NCBI GenBank assembly: GCA_036172245.1
Contig: JAYWIR010000039.1
Location: 744,001 to 808,000 of the forward strand
DNA length: 64,000 nt
Origin: Raillietiella orientalis
Taxonomy: Eukaryota
Direction of reading: 5' to 3'
Shown one piece after another: positions 62,550 to 64,000 of this stretch (position 1 is its first letter; the number at the start of each line of letters is the position of its first letter). Made by a program: the position numbers and the translations under genes. Under the pieces are notes generated by a model. The model saw nothing but the letters and a program-made list of their open reading frames with translations, did not search any database and had not been told where the DNA came from.

Positions 62550-63515
62550 AGCGCAGTGATTCATTAGCGGATCCACCGTGGTGCAGCATCACGGGGGAAG
62601 CGCGCACGAGCTCGGAGCTGTGCGCGCACTCTACCCTGACACTTCCAGGTAGGCGCCTGGACGGAGGACAGTAGCGAGAGCTCCGCACGGCGCTGGAAGA
62701 ACCGATACATCCGAGGCTGGGAATCGCCCAGGAGGGAAGCTGCGCCGATGGGTCCAGCGGCGAGGGCAGACCCTGACGTGGAGGAGAGTCCCCTCCAGCG
62801 TCTCTCAGCCAGCCGCCTTGAAGATCGACTGCCATGTTCGGGTCGACTGCCCTGCGCTCCTTCAGTACCAACGGACTTTTCCTTTTTCGGTTCGCTAAGC
62901 ATCCAAGAGCCGTTTCCCTGATTGGAGGGAACTCACGACGCTCTTTAGCACCGTCCACTCCCCACCCGAGGATGCGTGGAACTCTTCCAGTTGGAAAGTT
63001 TCCGTCCGATGTTGCCGAGCTCTGCGACAAGATTTTGTGGTGGGTGGCTCTGCTGAGCTGCTTTTCAACTTGAAAGAACCTTCAAAGCTCTCTGCAGCGA
63101 GTGATCTCTATCAAAATATTTTGGCTGTCGTGCAGAATTCGGAAAAAAACAAAATCGCTACATAGAGCAAGAGAACGTGGCAACCCTGCTTCCATCCGAA
63201 CTGGGAATGTCCCTTTCACAAATGAGCTCATTTTCAGCTCTTCCTTTTGCAGGAGCTCCCCACAGTGATTCAGACTGGAACTCTGCTGGAAGAAAGCCTT
63301 CCGAAGAAGCGTGAGGCGTCACGCAGGGCGATACCGAAACCATCAGAAACACCATCAGGGGTCAGGCAGGGGTTGCTGAGATCGGCGTACAGGTTTCTCC
63401 CATCATTTTATCGCGCATAGATTGGCCGTATTGGAAGTCACTGCTTCGGGACGACCTCACTGCACCCTTCCGCACTCCTTGCTTCCATGGAAACACGGAC
63501 GTTCCAGCTCGAAAT
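62550..63515 (-). mobile_element. Non-LTR fragment I (APE endonuclease-like) directly after copy H
   Basis: DGSRVATF (GVail), DGAKERREF (aP...eR..Ff), GDSQPRMYRFFQRRAEL (sRlDrff). Decayed. Confidence 0.35.
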
Positions 63516-63521
63516 TCACAG

Positions 63522-64000
63522 CTGAGCATGGCGGGGCGTTTGTTAAAATTCAAAGCAAACTCATACATTGTGGTGGGACACGTGGCCCTGCCACACTCCG
63601 TTTGTCTGCAGGGCCGCCGGGCCGCAGACCGATGAGGTCCGCCTCGGAAGAGGAGGGGAGGGAGAAACAAAATAAAAATAAATGAAAACACTGTGGGGAG
63701 CCAGGAAGGGATCACAGTCCACTGGAGGGATTCCTCTGCATCCTTTCCAGGATGTCGGCTAGGTCGGTTCTAATTGCATCCAGGTGGGGCCGTCTTCCTG
63801 CCATCTGCAGGAAGCAAGGTGCGTACTCGATGGCGTCCCTTTCGCTCGCTCCTGCCTCAACGTCGCTCCAGGCCTCCACAGTCCCGCGGATGCAGCAAAG
63901 AGCCTCTGATGCTGCGGCTGGAGTGCGAAGAGGACTTTTACAAGGTCCCTGGGGTTGCCAAGCGTTGTCCGTATGGTCGTCCCAGCGTGCCTCCACAGGA
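63522..64000 (-). mobile_element. L1/Tx1-like copy H, 3' end (continues beyond the window)
   Basis: EALCCIRG...RTDLADILERMQ, then tgtgatcccttcct (also in copy D), a T-rich tract, and the 3' motif aacaaacgccccgccatgctcag (63544-63522). Confidence 0.65.

Overview
This is eukaryotic (probably arthropod/invertebrate) genomic DNA, with no prokaryotic operon, rRNA/tRNA or CRISPR features recognised. One convincing intact host gene is present: a spliced class A (rhodopsin-like, GPR161-like) GPCR on the + strand (exons 4277-4425 and 9591-11353, possible TM1 exon ending at 3133). The last exons of a probable coiled-coil gene lie at 48010-48524. Most of the rest is heavily decayed transposon DNA. The dominant family is an old L1/Tx1-like non-LTR retrotransposon, present as about 9 fragments (A-I) and recognisable only from motif order and from similarity between copies. 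Its arrangement looks non-random: head-to-tail stacks joined at a shared GC-rich 3' motif (AATAAACGCCCCGGCGCACCCGG-like), and two separate head-to-head pairs (near 23.5 kb and 38.25 kb) whose 5' regions are homologous. There are also relics of pogo/Tigger, CMC-type and THAP/P-like transposases, a ~102-bp tandem array built from a Tc1/mariner-like TIR end with a CRE-like site in each unit, a young 135-bp direct repeat, and a degenerate (CCTAA)n tract. All family assignments of decayed elements were made by eye and need HMM confirmation.
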